Below are positions 29,229-39,529 of a stretch of 64,000 bases of DNA, piece after piece. This stretch comes from Candidatus Marinacidobacterales bacterium (GTDB taxonomy: Bacteria; Acidobacteriota; Vicinamibacteria; Marinacidobacterales; DATDRI01). How positions within the stretch are numbered: the stretch's first letter is position 1; each line of letters begins with the position of its first letter. The position numbers were made by a program, and so were the translations under genes. The notes below the pieces were generated by a model that was not told the origin of the DNA, searched no databases, and was given only the letters and a program-made list of their open reading frames with translations. The stretch is from positions 1,504,001-1,568,000 of the forward strand of contig OZ244742.1 of NCBI GenBank assembly GCA_965219415.1. Direction: 5' to 3'.

Positions 29229-30630
29229 ATGTCTGGAATCAACCTGTCCTTCCACGGTGGCGCGGGCACGGTCACCGGCTCCCGTCATCTACTAAACGTA
29301 TCCGGACGCCGACTCTTGGTGGATGCCGGTTTGTTCCAGGGGTTAAAAAAGCTGCGGCTTCTCAACTGGCAGAAACCGGACTTCGATCCTCAGGCGGTCG
29401 ATCATCTATTTCTTACCCACGCGCACATCGATCACAGCGGCTACCTTCCCCGGCTCGTTCGCCAGGGTTACTCCAATCCGGTCTACTGCACCCCGGCAAC
29501 TTTGGATCTGGTGAGGCTCCTCCTATTGGACTCGGCGAAGATTCAAGAAGAAGACGCCAACTACGCCAACCGAAAAGGATTCAGCAAACATCGCCCGGCC
29601 TTGCCGCTCTACAGCAGTGCAGATGCCGAGGCCGCCTTCGAGTTGATGAGACCTCTACTCTACGGCGAATGGCTAGACGCTGGAGAAGGAGTTCGTGCCC
29701 GTTTCCACAACGGTGGGCCACATACTAGGCTCGGCCATGGTTGAAGTACGCATGCCGTTCGGGAGCGGGGAGCAATGCATCGTGTTCAGCGGTGATGTAG
29801 GCCGTTACGACGTGCCGCTCCACTCCGACCTCACGGAACCCCCAGCCAGCGACGTTATGGTCGTGGAATCGACCTACGGGAATCGCACTCACGATCCCAA
29901 ACCGCTCGCCGAGCAGATCACCGAGTCCTTCAAGGAAGTCTTCGAGCAACAAGGAACCGTTCTAATTCCTTCTTTTGCGGTAGGTAGGGCCCAGCTCGTA
30001 ACCTTAATCTTGCGCGAGCTCATGAACGATGGTCGTCTTCCGGAGGTTCCGATCCATATCGATAGCCCGATGGCGGTCAACGCTACCCGCATCTACAGCA
30101 AACATCTCGAGGACGGAAGTCTCGATGACGATTTGTCGGAGGACGGAAGCAGCCGTCTCTTCCCCCGAAACGTGCAGCTTCACCGTACCGTCGACGAATC
30201 GAAGGAGCTAAACGAGCTGGACGGCCCGCGCATCATCATTTCGGCGAGCGGCATGCTGACCGCCGGCCGCGTCATTCATCATTTGCGCCGCCGCTTGCCA
30301 AACAAGCGAAACCTCATTCTGCTGGTTGGATACCAAGCCGCCGGCACTCGCGGTCGCGCTCTGTTGGAAGGCGCGAAAGCACTTCGGATGCACGGGAGGG
30401 AGGTACCGGTTCGCGCCAGGTTTCAATCGGTACACGGCCTCTCTGCGCACGCCGACCGAGATGAGCTCCTTCGCTGGCTCGGCTCCTCGAAGTCTCCTCC
30501 CCAGACGGTATTCGTGACTCACGGCGAGCCCAAAGCATCCAAGGCGCTCGCACAGCGTATAAAAGAAGATATCGGTGCTCGCTGCTTCGTACCCACCTTG
30601 CGAGAGAGCTTCGATCTCTCAACACTCTAG
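29229..30630 (+). CDS. MBL-fold beta-CASP ribonuclease (frameshift ~29712)
   Basis: GTVTGS, THAHIDHSG, GHILGS, FSGD, ESTYG, FAVGRAQ, SASGM, SAHAD, HGE. Confidence 0.92.
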
Positions 30631-30717
30631 CCCTCCCTTATTCAGCGCCAAGTCTAGAAACACGCATAAGGACTCTTGCCATCGAGCAGAGTCGTCGGAC
30701 CGCCGGATTGACTTGGC

Positions 30718-31590
30718 ATGGTACTGGGCATACAGTATGCGCCGAAGGCGCTCATGCATATAAGCGCATCAAAGTGTGTCGCTTGCGGGAACTGTGTGCC
30801 CATCTGTCCTTTGGGCGTAATCGCCATCAACCCGGCGTCGAACCGCGCAGAGATCGATCAGGCCAACTGCGTCGAGTGCTATCAGTGCTTTCGCGGAATG
30901 AGCCAAGAGCACCTGAACCCAACGTTGGTGCGTGCGCTCCGAAAAGCATTGGGTTGGATGCGTCTTCGTTTCGAACCCGAGCCGGACGTTTGCCCAACCG
31001 CGGCGTTCGAGCCCGATGAGCTTTCCTGGCCCCGCGTCGTCAGACGAGCCTTCTCCGACGTTACCGCTACGCACGAAAGCACGGGTATCCACGGACGCGG
31101 CACCGAAGAAGTCAAGACCAACGATGTGACCCGGCGCGTTCAGAGTGGCGAAGCGGGTTTCGTGGTTGAGTTCGGTCGCCCGAGCGTCGGGGTGTGGTTC
31201 CGGGATATCGATCGCATGACGACTCGACTCGCCGAAGCCGGTGCTGAGTTCGAGCAGAATAATCCGGTCACCCACTTGATGGCCGATCGTACCCGGGGCC
31301 GCATTCGAGAAGATGTTCTCGGTGAGAAGGTCCTGTCGGCGATCGTCGAGCTCAAAGTACCCCTCGGGCGAGTCGATGAAATGCTCGACGTCATCGAGTC
31401 CACCGCCCCGACCCTCGACACCGTGGTCTCCTTGGGAATCGGTGCCGTTTGCGATTCAGACGGGGACAACCCGGTGCCGGAGATCATGTCGCGCCGTGGC
31501 TACTCGGTCATCCGCGGGAAAACCAATCTCGGCCTGGGGCGGGCCACCAATCCGCAAACGACCGAGCCGGAGCTCGAGGTGACGCGGTGA
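30718..31590 (+). CDS. 4Fe-4S binding protein with uncharacterised C-terminal domain (start may be 30754)
   Basis: CVACGNCVPICP; CVECYQC...VCPTAA; GRGTEEVKTNDVT; EFGRP; KTNLGLG. Confidence 0.85.
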   Translation: MVLGIQYAPKALMHISASKCVACGNCVPICPLGVIAINPASNRAEIDQANCVECYQCFRGMSQEHLNPTLVRALRKALGWMRLRFEPEPDVCPTAAFEPDELSWPRVVRRAFSDVTATHESTGIHGRGTEEVKTNDVTRRVQSGEAGFVVEFGRPSVGVWFRDIDRMTTRLAEAGAEFEQNNPVTHLMADRTRGRIREDVLGEKVLSAIVELKVPLGRVDEMLDVIESTAPTLDTVVSLGIGAVCDSDGDNPVPEIMSRRGYSVIRGKTNLGLGRATNPQTTEPELEVTR

Positions 31591-32264
31591 CCAATACGCT
31601 TCATCGTTCCGGTCAACCCGACGATCTCAAGGACGACTACATCCTGTTCGCCATGTGCACCCGGGGAAAGAACGATGTTGGAGCGCCGGAACGCCTGAGA
31701 GAGTTCCTGACAATCTGCGCCCGGCACAACCCTGTCAACATGGGTGACGGTAGAGACGGCGGTCTCCACCGTCCGTCTCGCAGTCTGAATCCGCTGGTCC
31801 ATTGGCGTCGTCCCGAAAACGGTTCGATGGAAGACGTCATCGAAGGGATCACCGCCCCCACCACCGCCGCCGCCGTCTTCGACAACCCCGACTCCCTTCG
31901 CCAATGCCTCCAAGAGGTTAAAGCCGCCGATCTGGGACTCTCGGTCAACATCTCCGGGCTCACGGAAGACGCGAGGCAGTGCAGCGAACAAGCGGGCATC
32001 GATAGGCACGCGGTCGAGTACTCACTCGGGTTCTTGGGGAAAACGAGCAAGCTACCGGAATCGAACGTTCTTTCGCTCATCACGATGTGCGGCCACGGAA
32101 TGGTCTCTAGTGCTTTTGCTCAGAAGATGATCGATTGGGTCAAAACCGGCCGCAAGTCTCCTGCCGAATGCGCCCGGTATATGTCGCGTTTCTGTGTGTG
32201 TGGTGTTTTCAATCCAGTACGAGCGGAGCGTTTACTCCGACAAAGGTCGAACAATGCCAGCTAA
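31587..32264 (+). CDS. Conserved hypothetical Cys-rich protein, partner of the 4Fe-4S protein
   Basis: GTG start overlaps upstream TGA; TNTLHR, SVNISG, TMCGHGMVS, CVCGVFNPVRA. Confidence 0.8.
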   Translation: MTNTLHRSGQPDDLKDDYILFAMCTRGKNDVGAPERLREFLTICARHNPVNMGDGRDGGLHRPSRSLNPLVHWRRPENGSMEDVIEGITAPTTAAAVFDNPDSLRQCLQEVKAADLGLSVNISGLTEDARQCSEQAGIDRHAVEYSLGFLGKTSKLPESNVLSLITMCGHGMVSSAFAQKMIDWVKTGRKSPAECARYMSRFCVCGVFNPVRAERLLRQRSNNAS

Positions 32265-32958
32265 CAAGCTCAAGAACAAGATGGTGGAAAGGCATACCCT
32301 CGCCGATCAAGTTTACGCCTCCCTCAAGAAGGCGATGCTAGACGGCGATCTTCGTCCTGGCGAGCGCGTGAAGGAGCTCGAGATCGCACAATCACTGGGA
32401 GCAAGCCGGACACCCGTCCGAGAGGCGTTGTCTAGACTCGAACAGGAGGGCCTCGTCCAACCCTTCCCGTCCGGCGGGCTGACCGTCGTCGAACTATCGC
32501 CGAACGACGTTGAACAGCTCTTTGGTCTCTTGAAGGTCGTGGAGCCCTATGCCTGCAGTCTCGCCTTGGAGAACATCACCGAAAGGGAGCTCGTGAAGAT
32601 TGAGGCGATCTGTGCGCGCGCCGAGGAGCTCACCCAAAAGGACAACGAGCGTCGCATCGAATTGAATCGGCGTTTTCATGACGTGCTGATTGAGGTGACG
32701 GGACACCGGCGGCTCATAGAGCTGGTCACCAACCTTCGCGCCGCGATACAACCCTATCGCATCATCACTATGAACTCGCCCGAGTTCCAAGCCTCACCGG
32801 AGTTCCTGGACCTGATGGTTCGGGACCACACCGAGATCATCCGGGCCTTGAGAGCGCGCGACGAGGAGCGGTTCGTTAAGCTGGTCATTGCTCACGACGA
32901 AGTGGCGAAACGCAGCTTGATCGATTTTATTTGGGGGAAGGGTACAAAACACGCTTAG
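32254..32958 (+). CDS. GntR/FCD family transcriptional regulator
   Basis: LRPGERV..LGASRTPVREAL..LEQEGLV; NRRFH; DHTEII. Confidence 0.93.
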   Translation: MPANKLKNKMVERHTLADQVYASLKKAMLDGDLRPGERVKELEIAQSLGASRTPVREALSRLEQEGLVQPFPSGGLTVVELSPNDVEQLFGLLKVVEPYACSLALENITERELVKIEAICARAEELTQKDNERRIELNRRFHDVLIEVTGHRRLIELVTNLRAAIQPYRIITMNSPEFQASPEFLDLMVRDHTEIIRALRARDEERFVKLVIAHDEVAKRSLIDFIWGKGTKHA

Positions 32959-33791
32959 AAGCTTCCGGTTTGGAAATCCCGAACCGCCTGGATCAACTCC
33001 TCCTGAGTGTTCATCACGAAGGGACCGAATCTAGCCACCGGCTCGGCGAGCGGCGCCGCCGCGAGCAGTAGGAAGCGCACCGCAGATTCTTCTGTCTCCA
33101 CGGCGATAGCATCTCCGTCCTCACAAACCGCGAGGTGTCCAGCGCGGAGTTCTTTTTCACTACCTAACTTGCCCGCACCCTCGAAGGCGTAGACAAGCGC
33201 ACTGTGCTCCGACGGAACGGACTGCTCGAAGCGTGATTGGGGCGGGACTTTGACATCTAGATAAAGAGGAGCGGTGGCAATGCCGACCACCGGGCCGGAC
33301 ACGCCCCCGGATTTGCCAGCGATCACTCGCACCTCGGCACCATCTTCGAGAGTCAACGCCGGGATCTCGTTCGGCGGGATGTCCTGGTACCTCGGATCAC
33401 ACATCTTGTCCTGCGCCGGAAGGTTGACCCAAAGCTGGAAGCCCCACATCAGGCCATCTTTCTGCTTCGGCATCTCGGAATGAATGATTCCCCGTCCGGC
33501 GGTCATCCATTGGACGCTGCCAGCGGTCAAGGCGCCGGTGTGGCCGGTGTGATCCTTGTGCTCCATCGCGCCCGCCAACATGTACGTAACGGTTTCGAAG
33601 CCGCGGTGCGGGTGATCAGGAAAGCCAGCGATATAGTCCGCACTATCATCGGACTTGAACTCATCTAGCAACAGGAACGGATCGAGGTAATCGAGGGAGG
33701 GGGTGCCGAGACTGCGTTTGAGCTTGACGCCCGCCCCGTCAGAGGTTTCTCGCCCTTCGACCACCTTCACGGCCTTGCGTAGGTTGGACAT
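32955..33791 (-). CDS. Pirin family protein
   Basis: DPFLLLDEF, HPHRGFETVTY, WMTAGRGIIHSE, FQLWVNLP, GPFVMNT. Confidence 0.96.
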   Translation of the reverse strand: MSNLRKAVKVVEGRETSDGAGVKLKRSLGTPSLDYLDPFLLLDEFKSDDSADYIAGFPDHPHRGFETVTYMLAGAMEHKDHTGHTGALTAGSVQWMTAGRGIIHSEMPKQKDGLMWGFQLWVNLPAQDKMCDPRYQDIPPNEIPALTLEDGAEVRVIAGKSGGVSGPVVGIATAPLYLDVKVPPQSRFEQSVPSEHSALVYAFEGAGKLGSEKELRAGHLAVCEDGDAIAVETEESAVRFLLLAAAPLAEPVARFGPFVMNTQEELIQAVRDFQTGSF

Positions 33792-33863
33792 GGCTCTTTC
33801 CGGCCCACGATCATGCCAGGATCTGCGCTCGAGGTAAAGCCCGCCATCCCATCCCCGCCGCCA

Positions 33864-35216
33864 CTAGTTCGGCGCGGAGACCGGTGAGGCGACACGAAAT
33901 CCAGCGTCTTCCTCGCGAGAGAATTGCAGCGCTTCTCTATCGAGAACCACCCCGGCCTTGACCACGGTCTCGATATTTCGGGTGTCGCTGATTCTTCGGT
34001 CCGGACGTCCGTTGACGATTATGAGGTTGGCCAGGCGACCGGGCGCGAGCGTTCCCCACTCCTCCTCAGCGCTCATGAGCTTGGCGGCATTCGAGGTCGC
34101 GATCGAGATCGCCTGGAGCGGCGTGAGTCCTGCCTCGACGAGAAGTTCCATCTCCCGGTGGATTCCTTCCCCGAAAAAGACACCCGGATAAGGAGCGTCG
34201 GTGCCAGCAACGAGGAGCACTCCCGCGTCCAAGAGTTTGTTGGCATTTTCTTGTCTTTGTCGAAACCTTCGCTTGGCCCGATCGACCCCGGATCGCTCGG
34301 CGTCCGTGAGTGGTCGGGACATTTCCTCTCTCAAATCCTCCAGAAACCAGGGTGGAGTGGTGTCCGCGACGAGCGGATGGCGAAGGAAGTCGAAGCTATC
34401 GAAACGACGCCTCGTCCCAAACTCTGCCACCGCCAGAGTCGTGATGACGCGAATGCCTTTGTTGGTCATCAAAGCCAGCCCCTCCTCGTCGATCGTCCGG
34501 GCCGGCAAGTGAGCGAAAACCGTCATGTCGGTGCGCATCAAATCGGTGGAGCCGTTCAGCGACCACTGATCGACAACCAGCGGGAGGGAAACTTTCTTGG
34601 CCTCGGCCGCAAGAGCACTCACCATACGGTGGGAAAGCCCACCGTATGCTTTGATGACATCCACGCCTGCCGCCTTCAGTCCTTCCGCGATCTTCGGTAT
34701 CTGTTCGAGCGAGGCTGCGGAATGGGAAATAGGAGGCCAAGCGGGGTCGCTACCGTCGACCAACGCGCCGGCGCAATAGATGCGGGGCCCAGGTATGCGT
34801 CCCGCGGCAACCTCTTGCCACATTTGAAGAATGAAAGGCTCGACGTTGCCAACATCGAGGACCGTCGTGACACCGTTATAGAGAAGAGAATTCAGGTATC
34901 TCTGATAGCCGAGCATGTCGACGCGGTGTCCGTCCCAACCGCCCAAGAGATGAACGTGCATGTCCGCGAGACCGGGCAATACCGTTTTCCCCATCGCGTC
35001 GATCACTCGAGCGTCGGAAGGGATCTCGATCCGTTGAGACGGCCCCACCGCCTGAATCCGGTCGCCGCTTATGATGACCGTTCCGCTCTCGAGAGGAACG
35101 CCACCTTGCCCGTCGACGATGACCGCGTTGGTGATGGCCAGCCGCGCATCCTGTCGCGATACGAGGCCCGTCAGAAAAACGACAGCGGTTAGGTAAAGGA
35201 CCACGTTCTTGCCCAA
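33864..35216 (-). CDS. Amidohydrolase family protein (secreted)
   Basis: PGLADMHVH, GVTTVLD, AGTDA, GTLAPGRLANL. Confidence 0.9.
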   Translation of the reverse strand: MGKNVVLYLTAVVFLTGLVSRQDARLAITNAVIVDGQGGVPLESGTVIISGDRIQAVGPSQRIEIPSDARVIDAMGKTVLPGLADMHVHLLGGWDGHRVDMLGYQRYLNSLLYNGVTTVLDVGNVEPFILQMWQEVAAGRIPGPRIYCAGALVDGSDPAWPPISHSAASLEQIPKIAEGLKAAGVDVIKAYGGLSHRMVSALAAEAKKVSLPLVVDQWSLNGSTDLMRTDMTVFAHLPARTIDEEGLALMTNKGIRVITTLAVAEFGTRRRFDSFDFLRHPLVADTTPPWFLEDLREEMSRPLTDAERSGVDRAKRRFRQRQENANKLLDAGVLLVAGTDAPYPGVFFGEGIHREMELLVEAGLTPLQAISIATSNAAKLMSAEEEWGTLAPGRLANLIIVNGRPDRRISDTRNIETVVKAGVVLDREALQFSREEDAGFRVASPVSAPN

Positions 35217-35274
35217 TAGACCCTCCTTCCTTTCAATCAGGGAAGCGCCCGCGAGGATACGAAAGATCTTCTAG

Positions 35275-35769
35275 ATGTACAATCTCCCCGTGGCAACTGT
35301 TTACATTACGGTCGCTCTTCTTCTGATCGCCGGACTCTTGGGATCGTTCCTCCCCGTCCTTCCGGGCACGCCGCTCATCGTGGTGGGAGCGTTGCTATAT
35401 GCGTATGTGACCGACTTTGAGACGATCGGCGTCGGGAGGCTTCTCATCCTGGTCGGGTTCAGTCTCCTCGCCTACGCACTCGATTACACCGCGGGAGCGC
35501 TGGGCGTCAAGAAATTCGGAGGGAGCAGTTGGGCCGTCGTGGGGGCCGTGCTGGGAGCAGTAGTAGGAGTCTTCTTCGGCGCCATCGGTCTCGTGCTCGG
35601 CCCGATCCTCGGCTCGGTCCTTGGTGAGCTGCTTCGCAGCCGCAAGCTCAAGAATAGCCTTAGGAGCGCTCTCGGAACCGGTGTGGGCATGCTACTGGGC
35701 CTAGTGGCCAAGCTTTCCCTCGCCGTCGTCATGGTCGGCCTCGTGCTCTGGTGGATGTGGAACGGTTAG
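35275..35769 (+). CDS. DUF456 family membrane protein
   Basis: LPVLPG..DY..KKFGGS..GPILG..GEL; hydrophobic. Confidence 0.88.
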   Translation: MYNLPVATVYITVALLLIAGLLGSFLPVLPGTPLIVVGALLYAYVTDFETIGVGRLLILVGFSLLAYALDYTAGALGVKKFGGSSWAVVGAVLGAVVGVFFGAIGLVLGPILGSVLGELLRSRKLKNSLRSALGTGVGMLLGLVAKLSLAVVMVGLVLWWMWNG

Positions 35770-35781
35770 CCCGATCCTCCA

Positions 35782-36080
35782 CTAGCTGGAGGGCGCCGGA
35801 TCCATAGCCGCGGATCCTTCGTCTGCGGGCACGTCGCTATATCCGTCGGCGTGGATTCTCCAAGAGCCATCGGGGACTCGTTTCAACACCACGACGAATT
35901 TCCCCTTGCTCCTGCTGATCTCTCCTCCGTCCTGAGTTCGGATCAACGTGTAGTAACCGATGTCGTAGGCGAGATCTCCGTCGATGTCGCGGTCGACACT
36001 GTTGAAAGACAGCGCCATCTGGACCCCGCCTTCCGACATCCGAGCCAATCCGCCCTCGAAGGATTGCTCGATGGTTATAT
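35782..36080 (-). pseudogene. C-terminal fragment of DUF4440/SnoaL-like protein
   Basis: GDLAYDIGYYTL..GKFVVVLKR..DGSWRIHAD; N-terminal part and start missing (in-frame stop upstream). Confidence 0.65.
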
Positions 36081-36275
36081 CCCCTCGTCTTCACTCAATA
36101 GGCCTCATAGGCGATCCTTCCCGTGGCACGCCATTTTCGCCGAAAGCAAAGCATTAGCCAAAAGGATTCCTTGTCGCCCCGAGGAAGTATCTGTTCTTGA
36201 ACTTCTTAGCCATGGCCAGATTGTGGTAAGCTCGTGCCTCTAACTAGCGGTACCGATTCTTGCCAGGAGGAACCA

Positions 36276-37502
36276 ATGGCCGACTCACCGGCAACCACCC
36301 TATCGAAAAAGACCCAAGAGCACCTCTCGCTCGCCGAAACGCATGGGGCCCACAATTATCATCCACTGCCCGTCGTCATCGAGCGAGGTGAAGGGATTTG
36401 GGTATGGGACGTCGACGGAAAGAAGTACATGGACTGCCTATCTGCTTACTCAGCCGTGAACCAGGGTCACTGCCACCCTCGACTCATCGAGATCACCAAG
36501 AAGCAGGTGGAAAGACTCACCCTCACATCACGGGCCTTCCATAACGATCAGACCGGCCCCTTTTTCCAAGAGCTCGCGGAAGTCTGCGACATGGACACGG
36601 TGCTCCCTATGAACTCGGGCGCCGAAGCCGTGGAGACCGCCATCAAGACGGCTCGCAAGTGGGGCTACACAAAAAAAGGCGTCGAGGACAACCAGGCCGA
36701 GATCATTGCTTTCGAGAACAACTTCCATGGCCGCACCACGACCATCGTCGGCTTCTCCACCGAGGCTCAGTACAAGCAGGGTTTCGGACCCTTCACTCCT
36801 GGATTCCGCACGGTGCCATACGGGGACTTGGACGCGGCTCGGGATGCGGTGAACAAGAACACCGTCGGCATCCTGGTGGAGCCCTTACAAGGTGAAGCGG
36901 GAGTCGTTGTTCCCCCGGAAGGGTTCCTCCGCGGATTGAGAGAGCTCGCGACCGCGGAGGCCGTGCTGCTCCTGGCAGACGAAATTCAAACCGGACTGGG
37001 TCGCACCGGCCGGATGTTCGCGTGTCAGCACGAGAACGTCCAACCCGACGCCTACATCGTCGGCAAGGCGTTGAGCGGGGGCTTCTACCCTGTCTCGGCG
37101 GTGGTCTCCTCCGAAGAGATCCTAAGCGTCTTTAGTCCCGGCGATCACGGGTCGACCTTTGGTGGCAATCCTTTGGCTTGCGCGATTGCCCGCGAGGCGC
37201 TCCGCATCCTGGTCGAGGACAAGCTACCCGAGCGTGCCCACGAGATGGGCACGTACTTCATGGAAGGGTTACGTCAGATGGGTTCTCCGCACGTAGAGGA
37301 GGTGCGGGGCAAGGGGCTCCTCATCGGAGTCGAGCTGAAACCAGAGTCGGGACCGGCGCGACTCTTCTGCGAAAAACTGATGGAACGAGGCATGCTATGC
37401 AAGGAGACTCACGAGAGCGTCATCCGCTTCGCGCCGCCGCTTGTCATCGAGCGCGAGGACATCGACTGGGCACTCGCCCAAATTCGCGAGGTCCTCTCCT
37501 AG
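36276..37502 (+). CDS. rocD: Ornithine--oxo-acid transaminase
   Basis: GAHNYHPLPVV, SAYSAVNQGH, MNSGAEAVETA, NFHGRT, DEIQTGLGRTG, GKALSGG, HGSTFGGNP. Confidence 0.96.
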   Translation: MADSPATTLSKKTQEHLSLAETHGAHNYHPLPVVIERGEGIWVWDVDGKKYMDCLSAYSAVNQGHCHPRLIEITKKQVERLTLTSRAFHNDQTGPFFQELAEVCDMDTVLPMNSGAEAVETAIKTARKWGYTKKGVEDNQAEIIAFENNFHGRTTTIVGFSTEAQYKQGFGPFTPGFRTVPYGDLDAARDAVNKNTVGILVEPLQGEAGVVVPPEGFLRGLRELATAEAVLLLADEIQTGLGRTGRMFACQHENVQPDAYIVGKALSGGFYPVSAVVSSEEILSVFSPGDHGSTFGGNPLACAIAREALRILVEDKLPERAHEMGTYFMEGLRQMGSPHVEEVRGKGLLIGVELKPESGPARLFCEKLMERGMLCKETHESVIRFAPPLVIEREDIDWALAQIREVLS

Positions 37503-37516
37503 CTGCAAGAGAACCG

Positions 37517-38884
37517 TCAACTTCCCCGATAGGGCCGTTTGAGATAACGGCGGGCTTTCTTGTGAGAGTCCCCGACACGAGGAAGACCAAGCACCGCGTC
37601 GTATTGTGACCGCGCCCTTTCTCTACTTCCCTTCTTATCCAGTAGGAGCCCCGCCCCGAGATGACAAAGCGCTTGCTCTCGGGCCGGCGTCTTTACGTCT
37701 TCCGTGCAATCGACGAACTGCGGGAGCGCCACGTCCGGGCGACCTAGACGGACGAACCTACTTCCAAGTTTGTACCGAAACGTTTCGAGGGGGAGCCTGT
37801 AGTAGTTGGCTCGTTGCTCTTCGGCCAGTCTCACTACCGCGAGATAGGTCCTAACGGCCTCTTGCTTTCTGCGCATTCTCTCCAGGATCTGCCCCTGGTT
37901 GAGATGGAACAAGAAGTTTCGGGGGAACCGTCGGTGCAACTCACTGGCGCTCGCCAGGGCGTCCCGGTTTTGCTTCTCGCGAAAGTATACGACCATCAGC
38001 AGCACGCGGGCTTCGTCTGGAACTGCTAGGCCTTTGTCGCGAGCGAGCTCCAGGTACTCGATGCCTCTTTCTTCACTGCCGCGATATCCCACGATCTTGG
38101 CTGGCCATTTGAAGTACCAACGCAAGTTGTCGACGATGTACTCGTACAAACCGACGCTCATATAGGCATCGTAGTATTCGGGGTTTTCCGCCAGGAGCCT
38201 CTGATGATCGCGGTAGGCCTTCTTGGCGTGACCAATAGCCCCCAACTTGCTCCGGTCGATGGTGTAAGAAAAAGCGGCCAGCAGAGCCTCGGCACTACCA
38301 CGAAAGAATCGTGCGTCTTCGTTCTCCACGTCCTCTTCCAAGATCGCCGCAGACAGCTGTTGGCTTCGCTCGATATTTTCGAAGAAAGCCTGTCGATGCG
38401 TGCCCGGCATTTTGCGGGCGGAGGACCTGTTGAAGTAACCGGGGGCTACGAATCTATTGAGGTTGAGTTCTTGGCGCTCGAAGAGCTCGCGTAGCCAAAT
38501 CGCCGCGGCGACGACGAGCGGTGGACCGGGATGCGCGGGATATTTGGTCCTCCCGTCGGTGAAGGTCGCGATCGCTCGCTCATAGTCCAAGTTGTAGAGC
38601 TGCTCGAAACCCTCACCAACGAGAGCCACGTACTCCGGATCGCGGAGGGGCGTCTGACTAGCTCCATCTCTGGCACCCTCGCCTACTGACGCCCAGGGGA
38701 GTCCGTACGTCGAGTCCAGCTGCACCGATAGAACTAGCACCGCCGCGATAGCCGGAACACTTTTCAAACCGAACCCTCGTAGATTGCCAAAATGTAGGTG
38801 ATTTCCCCACGGGTGTTGGGAAACCCCAACGCCCTCCTCCTTATCGGGCCCGGCTAAAACCGGTGGCTCCGGCTTGCAACCCAC
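37517..38884 (-). CDS. Tetratricopeptide-repeat secreted protein (start uncertain)
   Basis: YNLDYERA, NPEYYDAYMSVGLYEY, helical TPR-like repeats. Confidence 0.75.
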   Translation of the reverse strand: MGCKPEPPVLAGPDKEEGVGVSQHPWGNHLHFGNLRGFGLKSVPAIAAVLVLSVQLDSTYGLPWASVGEGARDGASQTPLRDPEYVALVGEGFEQLYNLDYERAIATFTDGRTKYPAHPGPPLVVAAAIWLRELFERQELNLNRFVAPGYFNRSSARKMPGTHRQAFFENIERSQQLSAAILEEDVENEDARFFRGSAEALLAAFSYTIDRSKLGAIGHAKKAYRDHQRLLAENPEYYDAYMSVGLYEYIVDNLRWYFKWPAKIVGYRGSEERGIEYLELARDKGLAVPDEARVLLMVVYFREKQNRDALASASELHRRFPRNFLFHLNQGQILERMRRKQEAVRTYLAVVRLAEEQRANYYRLPLETFRYKLGSRFVRLGRPDVALPQFVDCTEDVKTPAREQALCHLGAGLLLDKKGSRERARSQYDAVLGLPRVGDSHKKARRYLKRPYRGS

Positions 38885-39037
38885 TTAAATACACCGTCTT
38901 CCAGTCCCGCTCTCCCCGGATCCGGAACTGGTACCTCCCTTGCTTGGAAGGGGTCTCATACCGAACTTGCCAAGAACACTTTCAGCCCTAGGCGACCCGA
39001 CCAACGGGTGGTCCCCTTCGGCTGACGGAGCCAAAGC

Positions 39038-39523
39038 ATGAAAACGATTCTAGGGTCGATGGGGCTTCTGCTCGTCTTCAGCTTAGCAGCCGCTCCCAAC
39101 GCTGGCACTTGCTCCCCGCTCGCCAAATCAGACGACGCCTCGTCCGAATCGGAGCCCGACGACCGTGTACCCGCGCAGAGTGAAATCGACGAGTCCAAAG
39201 TACAAGAGGGAAAAAATGGACAGGGTCTCTACCGGTTTTTCGGAGCCATCATGTTCGCCGCATCGGCGGGAGACCTCGCCTCCACCGAGTGGGGTCTGTC
39301 GAAGCCCGGGATCTACGAAACCAATCCCTTGGCGATGAATCGGAACGTTCGTGTCACTGCACACGTCTTGGTACCGACGGTCGTCTGGTGGGCCACCAAC
39401 AAGATGCGAAAAAACGGCCATCACAAAGCGGCGCTCTGGATTCGTATCGGCGTCACCGCGGCGTACGGCTACGCGGTCATGCACAACCTGCGGACGGCAG
39501 GATCCGCAAGCCCGATCTATTAG
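39038..39523 (+). CDS. Hypothetical secreted/membrane protein
   Basis: Signal peptide; D..ST..ETNPL motif; hydrophobic C-terminus. Confidence 0.65.
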   Translation: MKTILGSMGLLLVFSLAAAPNAGTCSPLAKSDDASSESEPDDRVPAQSEIDESKVQEGKNGQGLYRFFGAIMFAASAGDLASTEWGLSKPGIYETNPLAMNRNVRVTAHVLVPTVVWWATNKMRKNGHHKAALWIRIGVTAAYGYAVMHNLRTAGSASPIY

Positions 39524-39529
39524 AAATAC

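Noticed and set aside
33924-35192. Long antisense ORFs (also 40613-41800, 662-1801, 47840-48712)
   Set aside because: Shadow frames of real genes in high-GC DNA; no motifs.
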